Origin: Alphaproteobacteria bacterium
GTDB lineage: Bacteria; Desulfobacterota; Binatia; UBA12015
DNA: 64,000 nt
NCBI GenBank assembly: GCA_017853315.1
Contig: JAFMJW010000003.1
Location: 4,537-68,536 of the forward strand
Reading direction: 5' to 3'
The translations under genes and the position numbers were made by a program. Positions 28,274 through 40,001 of this stretch are shown one piece after another. Under the pieces are notes generated by a model. The model was not told where the DNA came from and made no database searches. It saw only the letters and a program-made list of their open reading frames with translations. Positions within the stretch are counted from its first letter, which is position 1. Each line of letters begins with the position of its first letter.

Positions 28274-30418
28274 GTGCGCATCGACGACCTCTGCACCAAG
28301 GTCCAGGCCTACCTGCCGGCTGCGCCGGTCGAGGTGATCCGGCGCGCCTACGAGTTCTCGGCCGAGAAGCACAAGAAGCAGCGGCGCGCGTCCGGCGAAC
28401 CCTACGTGTCGCATCCGCTCGAGGTGGCGCACATCATCGCGGACCTGCGCCTCGACGTGCCGAGCGTCGCCTCGGGGCTCCTGCACGACACCGTGGAGGA
28501 CACGCTCACGACGGTCGCCCACCTCGAGTCCGACTTCGGCGCCGAGGTCGCGACGCTGGTCGACGGCGTGACGAAGATCAGCCGCATCAACTTCACGAGC
28601 CGCGAGGAGCACCAGGCCGAGAACTTCCGCAAGATGGTGCTCGCGATGGCGCAGGACATCCGCGTCATCCTGATCAAGCTCGCCGACCGGACCCACAACA
28701 TGCGGACCCTGCAGGGCCTGCCGCCGGCCAAGCAGGAGTCGGTCGCCCAGGAGACGCTCGACGTCTACGCGCCTCTCGCCCACCGTCTCGGCATCCAGTG
28801 GATGAAGACCGAGATGGAGGACGCGGCGCTCCGCGCGCTCCACCCGGAGGTCTACTACCAGCTGAAGCGCGCCGTCGCGAAGAAGAAGGCCGAGCGCGAG
28901 CGCTACATCCGCGACACCCAGGCGATCCTGAAGCGGCAGTTCGACGCGGCCGAGATCGACGCGGACATCACCGGCCGGCCCAAGCACTTCTACTCGATCT
29001 ACCAGAAGATGCGGGCGCAGAACCTGCTCTACGAGCAGGTGAACGACCTGATCGCCTTCCGCGTGATCGTCGATTCCGTTCGCGACTGCTACGAGGCGCT
29101 CGGCGTCGTCCACCAGAACTGGAAGCCGGTCCCCGGGCGCTTCAAGGACTACGTCGCGCTGCCGAAGGCGAACATGTACCAGTCGCTGCACACGACGATC
29201 ATCGGGCCGCGCGGCGAGCGCATCGAGGTTCAGATCCGCACGCGCGAGATGCACCGGATCGCGGAGGAGGGCGTCGCCGCCCACTGGAAGTACAAGAGCG
29301 GCAGCGGGATCGACCTCGAGGACGTCCAGCGCTTCCAGTGGCTGCGCCAGATGCTCGAGTGGCAGCAGCAGGTGAAGGACCCGCAGGAGTTCCTGCACGG
29401 CTTCAAGGAGGACCTCTTCCCCGACGAGGTCTTCGTGTTCACGCCGAAGGGCGACCTCCTGAACTTCCCGCAGGGCGCGACGGTGATCGACTTCGCCTAC
29501 CGGATCCACACCCAGGTCGGGCACCAGTGCACGGGGGCGCGCGTCGGCGGCCGCATCGTGCCGCTGCGCTACCAGCTTCAGAGCGGCGACACCGTCGAGA
29601 TCATCACGACCCAGAAGCAGACGCCGAGCCGCGACTGGATCAAGATCGTCAAGACGGTCCGCGCGAAGCAGAAGATCCGGGCCTGGGTGAAGCAGCAGCA
29701 GGCGACCCGCAGCATCGCGGTCGGGCGCGAGATCCTCGCCCGCGACTTCGCGCGCCACGGCCTCGACCTCGCCAAGATGCAGCGCGACGGGAGCCTCGAG
29801 AGGGCGGCCTGGCAGATCGGCTCGCGCGGCCTCGACGCCCTCATCGCCGACGTCGGCTACGGCAAGGTCGCGCCCCGGCAGGTGATCGAGACGGTCGCGC
29901 CGGAGGCGGTCGAGCGCCGTGGACCCGAGCGCGAGGGTACCCTGCAGCGGCTGTTCCGGGCGGTCTCCCGCCGGCCGGGCGCGGGCATCCGCGTGAGCGG
30001 GATCGACGACGTGCTGGTTCGTTTCGCGCGCTGCTGCGACCCGCTTCCCGGCGAGCGCATCACCGGTTTCATCACCCGCGGGCGCGGCGTCACCGTCCAC
30101 GCGATGGACTGCGTGAAGGTGCTCGAAGCCGACCCGCAGCGACGCGTCGACTGCGTTTGGGCCGCCGACGGCCGGGCGCCGCGGCCGATCCGCCTCGAGG
30201 TGACGAGCATCGACGAACCGGGCCAGCTCGCCGCGATCACGAAGACCATCGCGCAGACCGGAATCAACATCGCGAAGGCGGAGGTGCGCGGCATCGCGGA
30301 CCGCAAGGCGCTGCACGCCTTCGAGCTCATGATCGCCAACGTCGACGACCTGAGCCGCCTCATGCGGAGCCTGACCCGCGTGAAGGGCGTCATGCGGGTG
30401 GAGCGACTGCGCGCCTGA
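28274..30418 (+). CDS. Bifunctional (p)ppGpp synthetase/hydrolase (Rel/SpoT)
   Basis: Intact HD motif [31 protein letters not shown] and ACT domains. Confidence 0.96.
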   Translation: MRIDDLCTKVQAYLPAAPVEVIRRAYEFSAEKHKKQRRASGEPYVSHPLEVAHIIADLRLDVPSVASGLLHDTVEDTLTTVAHLESDFGAEVATLVDGVTKISRINFTSREEHQAENFRKMVLAMAQDIRVILIKLADRTHNMRTLQGLPPAKQESVAQETLDVYAPLAHRLGIQWMKTEMEDAALRALHPEVYYQLKRAVAKKKAERERYIRDTQAILKRQFDAAEIDADITGRPKHFYSIYQKMRAQNLLYEQVNDLIAFRVIVDSVRDCYEALGVVHQNWKPVPGRFKDYVALPKANMYQSLHTTIIGPRGERIEVQIRTREMHRIAEEGVAAHWKYKSGSGIDLEDVQRFQWLRQMLEWQQQVKDPQEFLHGFKEDLFPDEVFVFTPKGDLLNFPQGATVIDFAYRIHTQVGHQCTGARVGGRIVPLRYQLQSGDTVEIITTQKQTPSRDWIKIVKTVRAKQKIRAWVKQQQATRSIAVGREILARDFARHGLDLAKMQRDGSLERAAWQIGSRGLDALIADVGYGKVAPRQVIETVAPEAVERRGPEREGTLQRLFRAVSRRPGAGIRVSGIDDVLVRFARCCDPLPGERITGFITRGRGVTVHAMDCVKVLEADPQRRVDCVWAADGRAPRPIRLEVTSIDEPGQLAAITKTIAQTGINIAKAEVRGIADRKALHAFELMIANVDDLSRLMRSLTRVKGVMRVERLRA

Positions 30419-30450
30419 GCGCGCGCGGCCGTGGCGGAAGGGGGGCGACG

Positions 30451-30861
30451 GTGTCGAAGGAGCCGGTCGTGGAGACCGTGGCGGTCGCGACGGAGCGGGC
30501 CCCCGGCGCGATCGGGCCGTATTCCCAGGCGATCGCGACCGGCGACCTCGTGTTCTGCTCGGGCCAGATCGGGCTCGACCCGGCCACGGGCGAGATCGTC
30601 CCCGGCGGGATCGAGGCCGAGACGCGTCGCGTGCTCGCGAACCTCTCCGCGGTCCTCTCGGCGGCGGGCTCGAGCCCGGCCGAGGTCGTCCGCACGACCA
30701 TCTTCCTGGCCGACCTCGCCGACTTCGCGACCGTGAACGCGCTCTATGGCGCCTGGGTCGGGGTGCCCGCGCCCGCCCGGGCGACCGTGGGGGTGGCGGC
30801 CCTGCCCCGGGGGGCCCGGGTCGAGATCGACGCCATCGCGCGCCGGCGCGGGCGGGCCTGA
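30451..30861 (+). CDS. ridA: RidA family reactive intermediate deaminase
   Basis: [35 protein letters not shown]. Confidence 0.92.
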   Translation: MSKEPVVETVAVATERAPGAIGPYSQAIATGDLVFCSGQIGLDPATGEIVPGGIEAETRRVLANLSAVLSAAGSSPAEVVRTTIFLADLADFATVNALYGAWVGVPAPARATVGVAALPRGARVEIDAIARRRGRA

Positions 30862-30870
30862 CTCGTCGAC

Positions 30871-30899
30871 TTTACATCGCCGTTCTCGACCGTTACCCG
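30871..30899 (+). promoter_or_regulatory. Putative sigma70 promoter of rpmB
   Basis: TTTACA-N17-TACCCG. Confidence 0.45.
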
Positions 30900-30974
30900 C
30901 TGGACTTCATCGATCGGCCCGGTTCCGCCGCATCCCGGCGACCCTCGGGACGGTCCACCCTGGAGATTCGACCC

Positions 30975-31196
30975 ATGGCGCGCGCGTGCGAGATCTGTGG
31001 CAAGGCCCGTTCGGTGGGCAACAACGTGAGCCACGCGAACAACAAGACCAAGCGCGTGTGGCGTCCGAACCTCCAGCCGGCCCGCGCCTCGATCGACGGC
31101 GGCACGCGCCGGGTACTGGTCTGCACGCGCTGCCTGCGCTCGGGCAAGGTCGCGAAGGTCAGCGGCTCGCGCCCCGCGGCTTCCGCTTCGGCCTGA
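30975..31196 (+). CDS. rpmB: 50S ribosomal protein L28 (CxxC/CxxC zinc-type)
   Basis: [41 protein letters not shown]. Confidence 0.96.
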   Translation: MARACEICGKARSVGNNVSHANNKTKRVWRPNLQPARASIDGGTRRVLVCTRCLRSGKVAKVSGSRPAASASA

Positions 31197-31737
31197 CCCG
31201 GGCCGCGGCCTTTCGGCCCGCTGCCGGAAGGGCCCGGACTTCGCCACGCGACCGGGCGACGAGCCGGGTGGTGGACTCGCCGGGCACGAGAGCGACCCGA
31301 AGCACCTTGCCGCCGCGAGCCCGCACCTCGTCGGCTCCGACGATCGCGTCGGCCTTCCAGTCGGCGCCCTTGGCGAGCACGTCCGGTTCGATCGCGCGGA
31401 TCGCCTCGAGCGGCGTGTCCTCGTCGAACACGACCACGAGGTCGACGGCCGCGAGCCCGGCCAGCACCTCGGCGCGCGCTGCTTCGTGCTGCACCGGTCG
31501 GTCCGGTCCCTTCAGGCGACGCACGGAGCGGTCCGAGTTGATCGCGACGACGAGCAGGTCGCCCGCCCGTCGTGCCGCCGCCAGGTAGCGGACGTGGCCC
31601 GGGTGGAGCAGGTCGAAGCAGCCGTTCGTGAAGACGACGCGACGCCCCGAGCGCCGGGCGGCGCGGCAGCGCCGGGCGGCGGCGGCGAGCGTGGTCAGCT
31701 TGGTGCGATGGTCGGGGATCCTCGCGCGCGGGGCCAT
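31159..31737 (-). CDS. rfaE2: Heptose 1-phosphate adenylyltransferase (stand-alone HldE domain II)
   Basis: [48 protein letters not shown]. Confidence 0.93.
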   Translation of the reverse strand: MAPRARIPDHRTKLTTLAAAARRCRAARRSGRRVVFTNGCFDLLHPGHVRYLAAARRAGDLLVVAINSDRSVRRLKGPDRPVQHEAARAEVLAGLAAVDLVVVFDEDTPLEAIRAIEPDVLAKGADWKADAIVGADEVRARGGKVLRVALVPGESTTRLVARSRGEVRALPAAGRKAAARVRPKRKPRGASR

Positions 31738-31745
31738 GGCGGGGG

Positions 31746-31787
31746 AGGCTAGCGATGTTTGGTCGCGCCCGCAGCCGGTGGTACGGG
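31746..31787. promoter_or_regulatory. Overlapping divergent putative promoters for rfaE2 and mutL
   Basis: Minus: CTGCGG(31774-69)-N17-TAGCCT(31751-46), 8 nt to ATG. Plus: TTGGTC(31759-64)-N17-TACGGG(31782-87) with extended -10 TG, 7 nt to ATG 31795. Confidence 0.5.
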
Positions 31788-31794
31788 GGCGGCG

Positions 31795-33753
<1,959 letters not shown>

Positions 33754-33888
33754 CGCGCGCCGGAGACCGAGCGCCGGCGCGCCTCGCGCGGGTCGGTCGC
33801 GCCGCGGGGAGCACCTCCCCGCGGTGACGCTCCGGGCCGGCCCGGGAAGCGGCGCGCGGCGCGCCGGGCAGGGCGGTGGCTCGCGGGT

Positions 33889-33917
33889 TTCGCGCGGCGG
33901 GCGGCGATTGCTAGCGT
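33889..33917 (+). promoter_or_regulatory. Putative promoter of miaA (likely leaderless)
   Basis: TTCGCG-N17-TAGCGT with extended -10 TG, 6 nt before ATG 33924. Confidence 0.55.
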
Positions 33918-33923
33918 CGCGGG

Positions 33924-34862
33924 ATGCCGAGGCCCCGCCTCCTCGCGCTGGTCGGCCCGACCGCGGCCGGCAAGACGGCGCTCGCGATCCGCCTCGCGGA
34001 GCGGACCTCGGCGGAGATCGTCTCGATCGACTCGCGGCAAGTGTTCCGCGGCCTCGACGTCGGCACCGCGAAGCCGACCCGCGAGGAGCGCGCGCGGGTC
34101 CCTCACCAACTGCTCGACGTCGCGGACCCGGGCGAGCGGTGGGATGCGGCACGGCACGCCGAAGAGGCCCGGCGCGCGATCGCCGGCATCGAGGCGCGCG
34201 GGCGTCCGGCGCTCCTCTGCGGCGGGAGCGGTCTCTACCTTCGCGCGCTCGCGGACGGGTTGTGCCCGGCGCCGCCGGCCGACCCCTCGCTGCGCGACCA
34301 ACTCCGGCGCGAGATCGGTGCGGGGGGAGCGGAGCGCTTGCGGGGCGAGCTCGAGTCGGGCGACCCCGAGGCGGCGCGGCGCATCGCGCCGGCGGATCAC
34401 GCGCGGCTCGTGCGGGCGGTCGAGGTGCTGCGTCTCACCGGGCGCCCGCTGTCGGCCTGGCAGGAGGAACACCGCTGCGCTGCGCGACCGTTCGACGTGG
34501 TGGTCGCCGTGCTCTCGCCGCCGGTCGAGGAACTCGATCGCCGCATCGCGGAGCGCACCGCGGCGATGTTCCGCGGAGGTCTGCTCGAGGAGACGAGCGC
34601 GGCTCTCGCCTCGGGCGTACCCGCCGACTCGGCCGCCCTGCAGTCGATCGGCTACCGCGAGGCCCAGCTCGTCCTCGCGGGGCGCTCCGGGATCGAGGAG
34701 GCCGTCGCCGCGGCGACGCTCGCGACGCGCCGTTACGCGAAGCGCCAGCGTACCTGGTTCCGCGGCCTCGCCGACGCCCACTGGCTCGATCCCGCCGACC
34801 CGGACGCCGAGCTGCTCCGCCGGGCGGCGGCGATCCGCGACGGCGGACTCCATGCCGCGTAG
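33924..34862 (+). CDS. miaA: tRNA dimethylallyltransferase
   Basis: [48 protein letters not shown]. Confidence 0.95.
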   Translation: MPRPRLLALVGPTAAGKTALAIRLAERTSAEIVSIDSRQVFRGLDVGTAKPTREERARVPHQLLDVADPGERWDAARHAEEARRAIAGIEARGRPALLCGGSGLYLRALADGLCPAPPADPSLRDQLRREIGAGGAERLRGELESGDPEAARRIAPADHARLVRAVEVLRLTGRPLSAWQEEHRCAARPFDVVVAVLSPPVEELDRRIAERTAAMFRGGLLEETSAALASGVPADSAALQSIGYREAQLVLAGRSGIEEAVAAATLATRRYAKRQRTWFRGLADAHWLDPADPDAELLRRAAAIRDGGLHAA

Positions 34863-35826
34863 CTACCTCGACTTCGAGGAACCGCTGCGCGAACTCGATC
34901 GCCGTCGCGACGCGGCGGCGATCGCGGGCGACGAGATGCAGGTCGAGGCGCTGGACCGAGAGATCGCGAGCGTCGCGCGGGCGATCTCGGCCGGGCTCGG
35001 GGCCTGGCAGCGCATCGCGCTCGCGCGGCATCCCGACCGGCCCACGGCGATCGAAGCCTTCCGGGTGCTCTGCACCGACTTCGTCGAGTTGCGCGGCGAC
35101 CGTTGCTTCGGCGACGACCCGGCGGTGGTCGCGGGACTCGCCCGCCGCAACGGCCGACCGCTCGCGGTGGTCGGCCACCAGCGTGGCCGCGATCCGGGCG
35201 ACCGGGTGCGGCGGAACTTCGGGATGGCGAGGCCGGAGGGCTTCCGCAAGGCGCGCCGCGTGTTCGACCTCGCGGGACGGATGGGCCTCCCGATCCTCAC
35301 CCTCGTCGACACCCAGGGTGCATGGCCGGGCACGGAGAGCGAGGAGAGGGGCATCGCCGAGTCGATCTCGGGTTGTCTCGCGGCCCTCGCGGGGGCCCCG
35401 GTCCCGGTCGTGGCCGCGCTCCTCGGCGAGGGGGGCAGCGGGGGCGCGCTCGCGTTCGCGGTCGCAGACCGGCTGCTCGCGCTCGAGAACGGCTGCCTCT
35501 CGGTGATCACGCCCGAGGGCTGCGCTTCGATCCTCGACCGCAAGCGCACGCCCGAGGGGGTCGCGCGTGCGGCGGAGTCGCTGCGGATGGGGGCGAGCGA
35601 CCTCCTGCGGCTCGGGGTCGTCGACGTCGTGGTGCCCGAGCCCGAGGGCGGCGCGCACCGCGACCCGGACGCCGCCGTGCAGGCGCTGGGGCGGGAGATC
35701 GACCGGGCGTTCGCGGATCTCTCGGAGATCTCGCCCGCCGCGTTGCGCTCGCTTCGCGACGAGCGCCTGCGCCGTCTCGGCCGCTCCGAGCTCGCCGTCT
35801 TGGTCGAGCCCGAGCAGGTGTGCTAG
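34852..35826 (+). CDS. accA: Acetyl-CoA carboxylase carboxyltransferase alpha subunit (divergent)
   Basis: YLDFEEP, ARHPDRP, ELRGDR.FGDD, RNFGMARPEGFRKA, GEGGSGGALA, SVITPEGCASIL. Confidence 0.88.
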   Translation: MPRSYLDFEEPLRELDRRRDAAAIAGDEMQVEALDREIASVARAISAGLGAWQRIALARHPDRPTAIEAFRVLCTDFVELRGDRCFGDDPAVVAGLARRNGRPLAVVGHQRGRDPGDRVRRNFGMARPEGFRKARRVFDLAGRMGLPILTLVDTQGAWPGTESEERGIAESISGCLAALAGAPVPVVAALLGEGGSGGALAFAVADRLLALENGCLSVITPEGCASILDRKRTPEGVARAAESLRMGASDLLRLGVVDVVVPEPEGGAHRDPDAAVQALGREIDRAFADLSEISPAALRSLRDERLRRLGRSELAVLVEPEQVC

Positions 35827-35837
35827 CGACCGCCGTC

Positions 35838-36980
35838 GTGGCGAAACCGTCGACGAGGCCGGCGCGGCCCGCCGCGCGGAGACCGGCCCGCGACCGCGAG
35901 TCGCTTGCCCGGCTGCGGTCGCGGATCGACCGGATCGACGACTCGATCCTGCGCCTGCTCGTCGAGCGCTTCCGCGTCGTCGAGGAGGTGTTGCAGGCGA
36001 AGCAGCGCAGCGGCGGCGCAGTCTACCGGCCGCTGCGCGAGCACGTCCAGCTCGCCCGGCTGGAGAAGCTCGCCGCGACGGCGGCCGGCCCGCTTTCCGG
36101 CGAGGCGGTGCGGGCGATCTTCGGAGAGGTCCTCTCCGCGTCCCGCGCGCTCCAGGGCTCGCCCTCGATCGCCTACCTCGGGCCGAAGGGGACCTTCTCG
36201 GAGCGCGCCGCCCAGGCGCAGTTCGGCAGCGCGGCGCGACTGGTGCCGGTCGCCTCGATCCCCGAGGTGTTCGCGGCCGTGGAGCGCAAGCGTGCGCGCC
36301 TCGGCATCGTCCCGATCGAGAACTCGACGGAGGGCATGGTCGGACCGACGCTCGACTCGCTCGTCGCTTCGCCGCTGCGCATCGTCGCGGAGCGCGGCCT
36401 CGCCGTCCGCCAGGCCCTGCTTTCCCGGGCCCCGTCGCTCGACGGCATCCGCCGGGTCGTCTCGCACCCGCAGTCGCTCGCGCAGTGCCGCGAGTGGCTC
36501 GCCCGCCGCCTGCCCGACGTGCAGGCGATCGAGGTCGCGAGCAACGCGGCCGCCGCCGCGCGCGCCGCGCGTTCGCCGAGCACCGCGGCGATCGCGTCCC
36601 GCGACGCCGCCCCCCGCTACGGGCTCCGGGTGCTGGCCGAAGACATCCAGGACGCGGCGAACAACGTGACCCGCTTCGTCGTGCTGGCCCCGGAGGGCAC
36701 GCCGTCCGAGCCCGGCGCGGACAAGCTGTCGGTGCTGTTCTCGGTCCGGAACAAGCCGGGCGCTCTCTACCGGGCGCTCGAGCCGCTCGCGCGCGCAGGC
36801 GTCGATCTCTGCAAGCTCGAGTCGCGCCCGATGCGGGGCCGCTCCTGGGAATACCTCTTCTTCGTCGACTTGCGGGGCGCGATCGAGGGGGCCCGGGTGC
36901 GCCGCGCGCTCGCTGCCATGGAGCGCGAGTGCATCCTCTTCAAGGTGCTCGGCGCCTACGCGGAAGCGCGCTCGGCGTGA
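35838..36980 (+). CDS. pheA: Chorismate mutase / prephenate dehydratase (P-protein)
   Basis: LRSRIDRID (CM domain), YLGPKGTFS, PIENSTEG, SHPQ, NVTRF, ACT domain ESRP. Confidence 0.94.
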   Translation: MAKPSTRPARPAARRPARDRESLARLRSRIDRIDDSILRLLVERFRVVEEVLQAKQRSGGAVYRPLREHVQLARLEKLAATAAGPLSGEAVRAIFGEVLSASRALQGSPSIAYLGPKGTFSERAAQAQFGSAARLVPVASIPEVFAAVERKRARLGIVPIENSTEGMVGPTLDSLVASPLRIVAERGLAVRQALLSRAPSLDGIRRVVSHPQSLAQCREWLARRLPDVQAIEVASNAAAAARAARSPSTAAIASRDAAPRYGLRVLAEDIQDAANNVTRFVVLAPEGTPSEPGADKLSVLFSVRNKPGALYRALEPLARAGVDLCKLESRPMRGRSWEYLFFVDLRGAIEGARVRRALAAMERECILFKVLGAYAEARSA

Positions 36981-37017
36981 GAACGCGCCCTCCAGGCCGA
37001 CGGACGGGCGTCCGCCC

Positions 37018-39210
37018 GTGATCGACCGGCTCGGCATCGCGGGCGTCGGCCTGATCGGGGGATCGCTCGCGCTCGCGGCTCGTCGCGCCGGGATCGCGCG
37101 CGAGGTGGTCGGCTTCGGGCGAACCCGGGCGAACCTCGACGTCGCCCTGTCGCGCGGCATCGTCGACCGGGCCGGGACCGAGCCCTCCGTCCTCGAGGGG
37201 GCGGACTTCGTGCTGCTCGCGACCCCGGTCGGGCTGCTCGCGCCGACCGCCGCCGCGGTGGCGCCCTGGCTCGCTCCGGGCGCGATCGTCACCGACGCCG
37301 GCAGCGTGAAGGCGCCGGTCGTGCGGGCGGCGGCATCGCTCCCCGGCGGGATCCGCTTCGTCGGCGGACACCCGATCGCCGGCACCGAGGACTCGGGCGC
37401 GGCCGCGGCCGACGCGGATCTCTTTCGCGGCGCGCGCTGCGTGCTCACGCCGGTCTCCTCGACCGACGCCGACGCGCGCGCGCGCGTGCGGCGGCTCTGG
37501 GAAGCCGTCGGCATGGAGGTCGTGGAGATGTCGCCGGAGGAGCACGACGCGGTGCTGGCGCTCACGAGCCACGTGCCGCACGTGCTGGCCTTCGCGCTGG
37601 CGATCGAGGCGGGGGAGACGGCGGCGCGCGACGGCGTCGACGCGCTTTCCTTCGCGGGGCCGTCCTTCCGCAGCGCGACCCGCGTCGCGGCGAGCTCGCC
37701 GGAGACCTGGCGCGACGTGCTGTCCGCGAACGCGGCGTCGCTCTCGCTCGCCCTGGGGCGCCTGCGCGCGCGGATCGACGAGATCGAGAGCGCTGCGCGG
37801 ACCGACCCGGCCGCGCTCGAGAGGCTCGTCGCCCGGGCCCGCTCCGTGCGGCGGTCGCTCGACGCGGCCTCGCTCGCCGCGGGCCGGGGGACGAGCGGCG
37901 GCTCGGGGACGGGGCCCGCGTCGGTGCGCGTCGAGCCGGCCGGCGGTCCCCTCTCCGGCGAGGTGCGCGTGCCCGGCGACAAGTCGATCGCGCACCGCGC
38001 GATCCTGTTCGGCGCGATCGCCGAGGGGCCGACCGTGGTGCGCGGGGTCGGCGGCGGCGAGGACAATGCGTCCACGATCCGCGTCCTGCGCTCGCTCGGC
38101 GTCCGGATCGACCGCGACGGCGACGTCGTGCGGGTCGACGGCCGCGGCTTCGACGGCCTGCGCGAGCCCGCGGGCACGCTCGACTGCGGCAACTCGGGCA
38201 CGACGATGCGGCTCGTCGCAGGGGTCCTCTCGGGCAGGCCGTTCGCCTCGCGGCTCGACGGGGACGCCTCCCTGCGCAAGCGGCCGATGCGGCGCGTGAT
38301 GGAGCCGCTCGCGCGCATGGGCGCGCGCTTCGAGAGCGAGGACGGTCGCCCGCCGGTCGAGGTGCGCGGGGGAGTGCTGCGGCCGGCGAGCTTCGAGCTC
38401 GCGGTCGCGAGCGCGCAGGTGAAGACGGCGCTCGTGCTGGCCGGGCTGCAAGCCGAGGGCGAGACCGTCGTGCGCGAGCCCGCGCTCTCCCGCGATCACA
38501 CCGAGCGACTCCTGCCGGTCTTCGGCGGGCGGGTCGAGCGCCGCTCGCCGACCGAGATCGCGGTGCGCGGTCCGCAGCGGCTGCGGGGCGCCGAGGTCGT
38601 CGTCCCGGGGGATCCGAGTGCCGCCGCCTTCTGGCTCGTCGCGGGCTCGATCGTCCCGGGATCGCGCGTGGTCGTGCGCGACGTGTGCGTGAACCCGACC
38701 CGCACCGGGGCGATCGACGCGCTCCGCGCGATGGGAGCCCGCATCGCGCTGCGGTCTCGTCCCCCGGTCGGGGAGGAGGAGGTCGCGGACCTCGAGGTCG
38801 AGGCGGCGCGACTGCGGTCGGCCGAGATCTCGGGCGAGACGATGCTGCGGGCGATCGACGAGTTCCCGGTGCTCGCGGTGGCGGCCGCGCTCGCCTCGGG
38901 CGAGACGCGTTTCCGCGACGCCGGGGAATTGCGGGTGAAGGAGAGCGACCGGATCGCGGCGATGGCGGTCGGGCTCCGGGCGCTCGGCGCCGAGGTCTCG
39001 GAGCTGCCCGACGGGCTCGTCGTGCGCGGGCCGACGGTGCTCGGCGGCGGCGTGGTCGAGAGCCACGGCGACCACCGGATCGCGATGGCCTTCGCGATCG
39101 CCGCGCTCGCCGCGCGCGCGGCGGTCGAGATCCGCGGCGCCGAGGCGATCGCGGTCTCCGACCCGGGCTTCCTCGACACGCTCGCGCGCCTGCGGGGAGC
39201 GAGGGCATGA
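37018..39210 (+). CDS. tyrA-aroA: Fused prephenate dehydrogenase (TyrA) / EPSP synthase (AroA)
   Basis: GVGLIGGS, DAGSVK, GGHPIAG, HD..TSHVPH; then PGDKSIAHRA, DCGNSGTTMR, SAQVK, RDHTE, DEFP, RVKESDRI, DHRIAM. Confidence 0.94.
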   Translation: MIDRLGIAGVGLIGGSLALAARRAGIAREVVGFGRTRANLDVALSRGIVDRAGTEPSVLEGADFVLLATPVGLLAPTAAAVAPWLAPGAIVTDAGSVKAPVVRAAASLPGGIRFVGGHPIAGTEDSGAAAADADLFRGARCVLTPVSSTDADARARVRRLWEAVGMEVVEMSPEEHDAVLALTSHVPHVLAFALAIEAGETAARDGVDALSFAGPSFRSATRVAASSPETWRDVLSANAASLSLALGRLRARIDEIESAARTDPAALERLVARARSVRRSLDAASLAAGRGTSGGSGTGPASVRVEPAGGPLSGEVRVPGDKSIAHRAILFGAIAEGPTVVRGVGGGEDNASTIRVLRSLGVRIDRDGDVVRVDGRGFDGLREPAGTLDCGNSGTTMRLVAGVLSGRPFASRLDGDASLRKRPMRRVMEPLARMGARFESEDGRPPVEVRGGVLRPASFELAVASAQVKTALVLAGLQAEGETVVREPALSRDHTERLLPVFGGRVERRSPTEIAVRGPQRLRGAEVVVPGDPSAAAFWLVAGSIVPGSRVVVRDVCVNPTRTGAIDALRAMGARIALRSRPPVGEEEVADLEVEAARLRSAEISGETMLRAIDEFPVLAVAAALASGETRFRDAGELRVKESDRIAAMAVGLRALGAEVSELPDGLVVRGPTVLGGGVVESHGDHRIAMAFAIAALAARAAVEIRGAEAIAVSDPGFLDTLARLRGARA

Positions 39211-39920
39211 GCCGCCCGCGGCCGATCGTCACGATCGACGGCCCCGCCGGCGCCGGCAAGAGCACGGTCAGCCGCGCGCTCGCCGATCGGCTGGGCTTCG
39301 TCTACCTCGACACCGGGGCGATCTACCGCACGGTCGCGCTCGCGGCCGACGACGAGGGGCTCGGCGAGGCCATCGACCGGTCGGACCTCGCGCCCGGGGC
39401 CTCGCCCGCGGAGATCGCGCGGCTCGAGGCGATCGCCGCGGGGCTCGCGATCGGGTTCGAGGACGGCGGGCGGCGGGTGCGGCTCGCGGGTCGCGACGTC
39501 AGCGCGGAGATCCGCCGCCCCGAGGTGGGACAGCGGGCCTCGAAGGTCTCGGCGATCCCCGAGGTGAGGCGGGCCCTCCTCGACCTGCAGCGCCGGATCG
39601 CCGCCGGCGGCGGGGTCGTTGCCGAGGGGCGGGACGTGGGGACGGTGGTCTTTCCCGACGCGGAGGTGAAGTTCTTCCTCACCGCGGCCCCCCTCGTCCG
39701 GGCGGAGCGGCGGGTCGGGGACCTTCGCGAGCGGGGGATCCCGGCCGACGTGGACCAGGTCCTGGCCGAGATCGAGGCGCGCGACGCCCGCGACTCGAAG
39801 CGGGCCGTGGCGCCGCTCGCGTGCCCCGTCGACGCGGTCACGATCGACAGCAGCGGTCTCGACGCGCACGCCGTGGTCGCCCGGATGGAGGAAGTCCTAA
39901 CCTCCCGCAAGAACGCTTGA
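39207..39920 (+). CDS. cmk: Cytidylate kinase
   Basis: IDGPAGAGKST, LDTGAIYR, EGRDVGTVVFPDA. Confidence 0.95.
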   Translation: MSRPRPIVTIDGPAGAGKSTVSRALADRLGFVYLDTGAIYRTVALAADDEGLGEAIDRSDLAPGASPAEIARLEAIAAGLAIGFEDGGRRVRLAGRDVSAEIRRPEVGQRASKVSAIPEVRRALLDLQRRIAAGGGVVAEGRDVGTVVFPDAEVKFFLTAAPLVRAERRVGDLRERGIPADVDQVLAEIEARDARDSKRAVAPLACPVDAVTIDSSGLDAHAVVARMEEVLTSRKNA

Positions 39921-39945
39921 AATGCCGGTGGGGCGGGGGTATGCC
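39917..39945 (+). promoter_or_regulatory. Putative promoter of rpsA
   Basis: TTGAAA-N17-TATGCC; SD GGAGG upstream of the ATG. Confidence 0.5.
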
Positions 39946-40001
39946 CTTTCGAGCGCGCGGGGTCTCTCCGCGGGCGAAATCCCCCCGGAGGACTCCGCTG
40001 C

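Noticed and set aside
25537..31737. Split HldE (rfaE1 and rfaE2 as separate genes)
   Set aside because: Split forms are common in many bacteria
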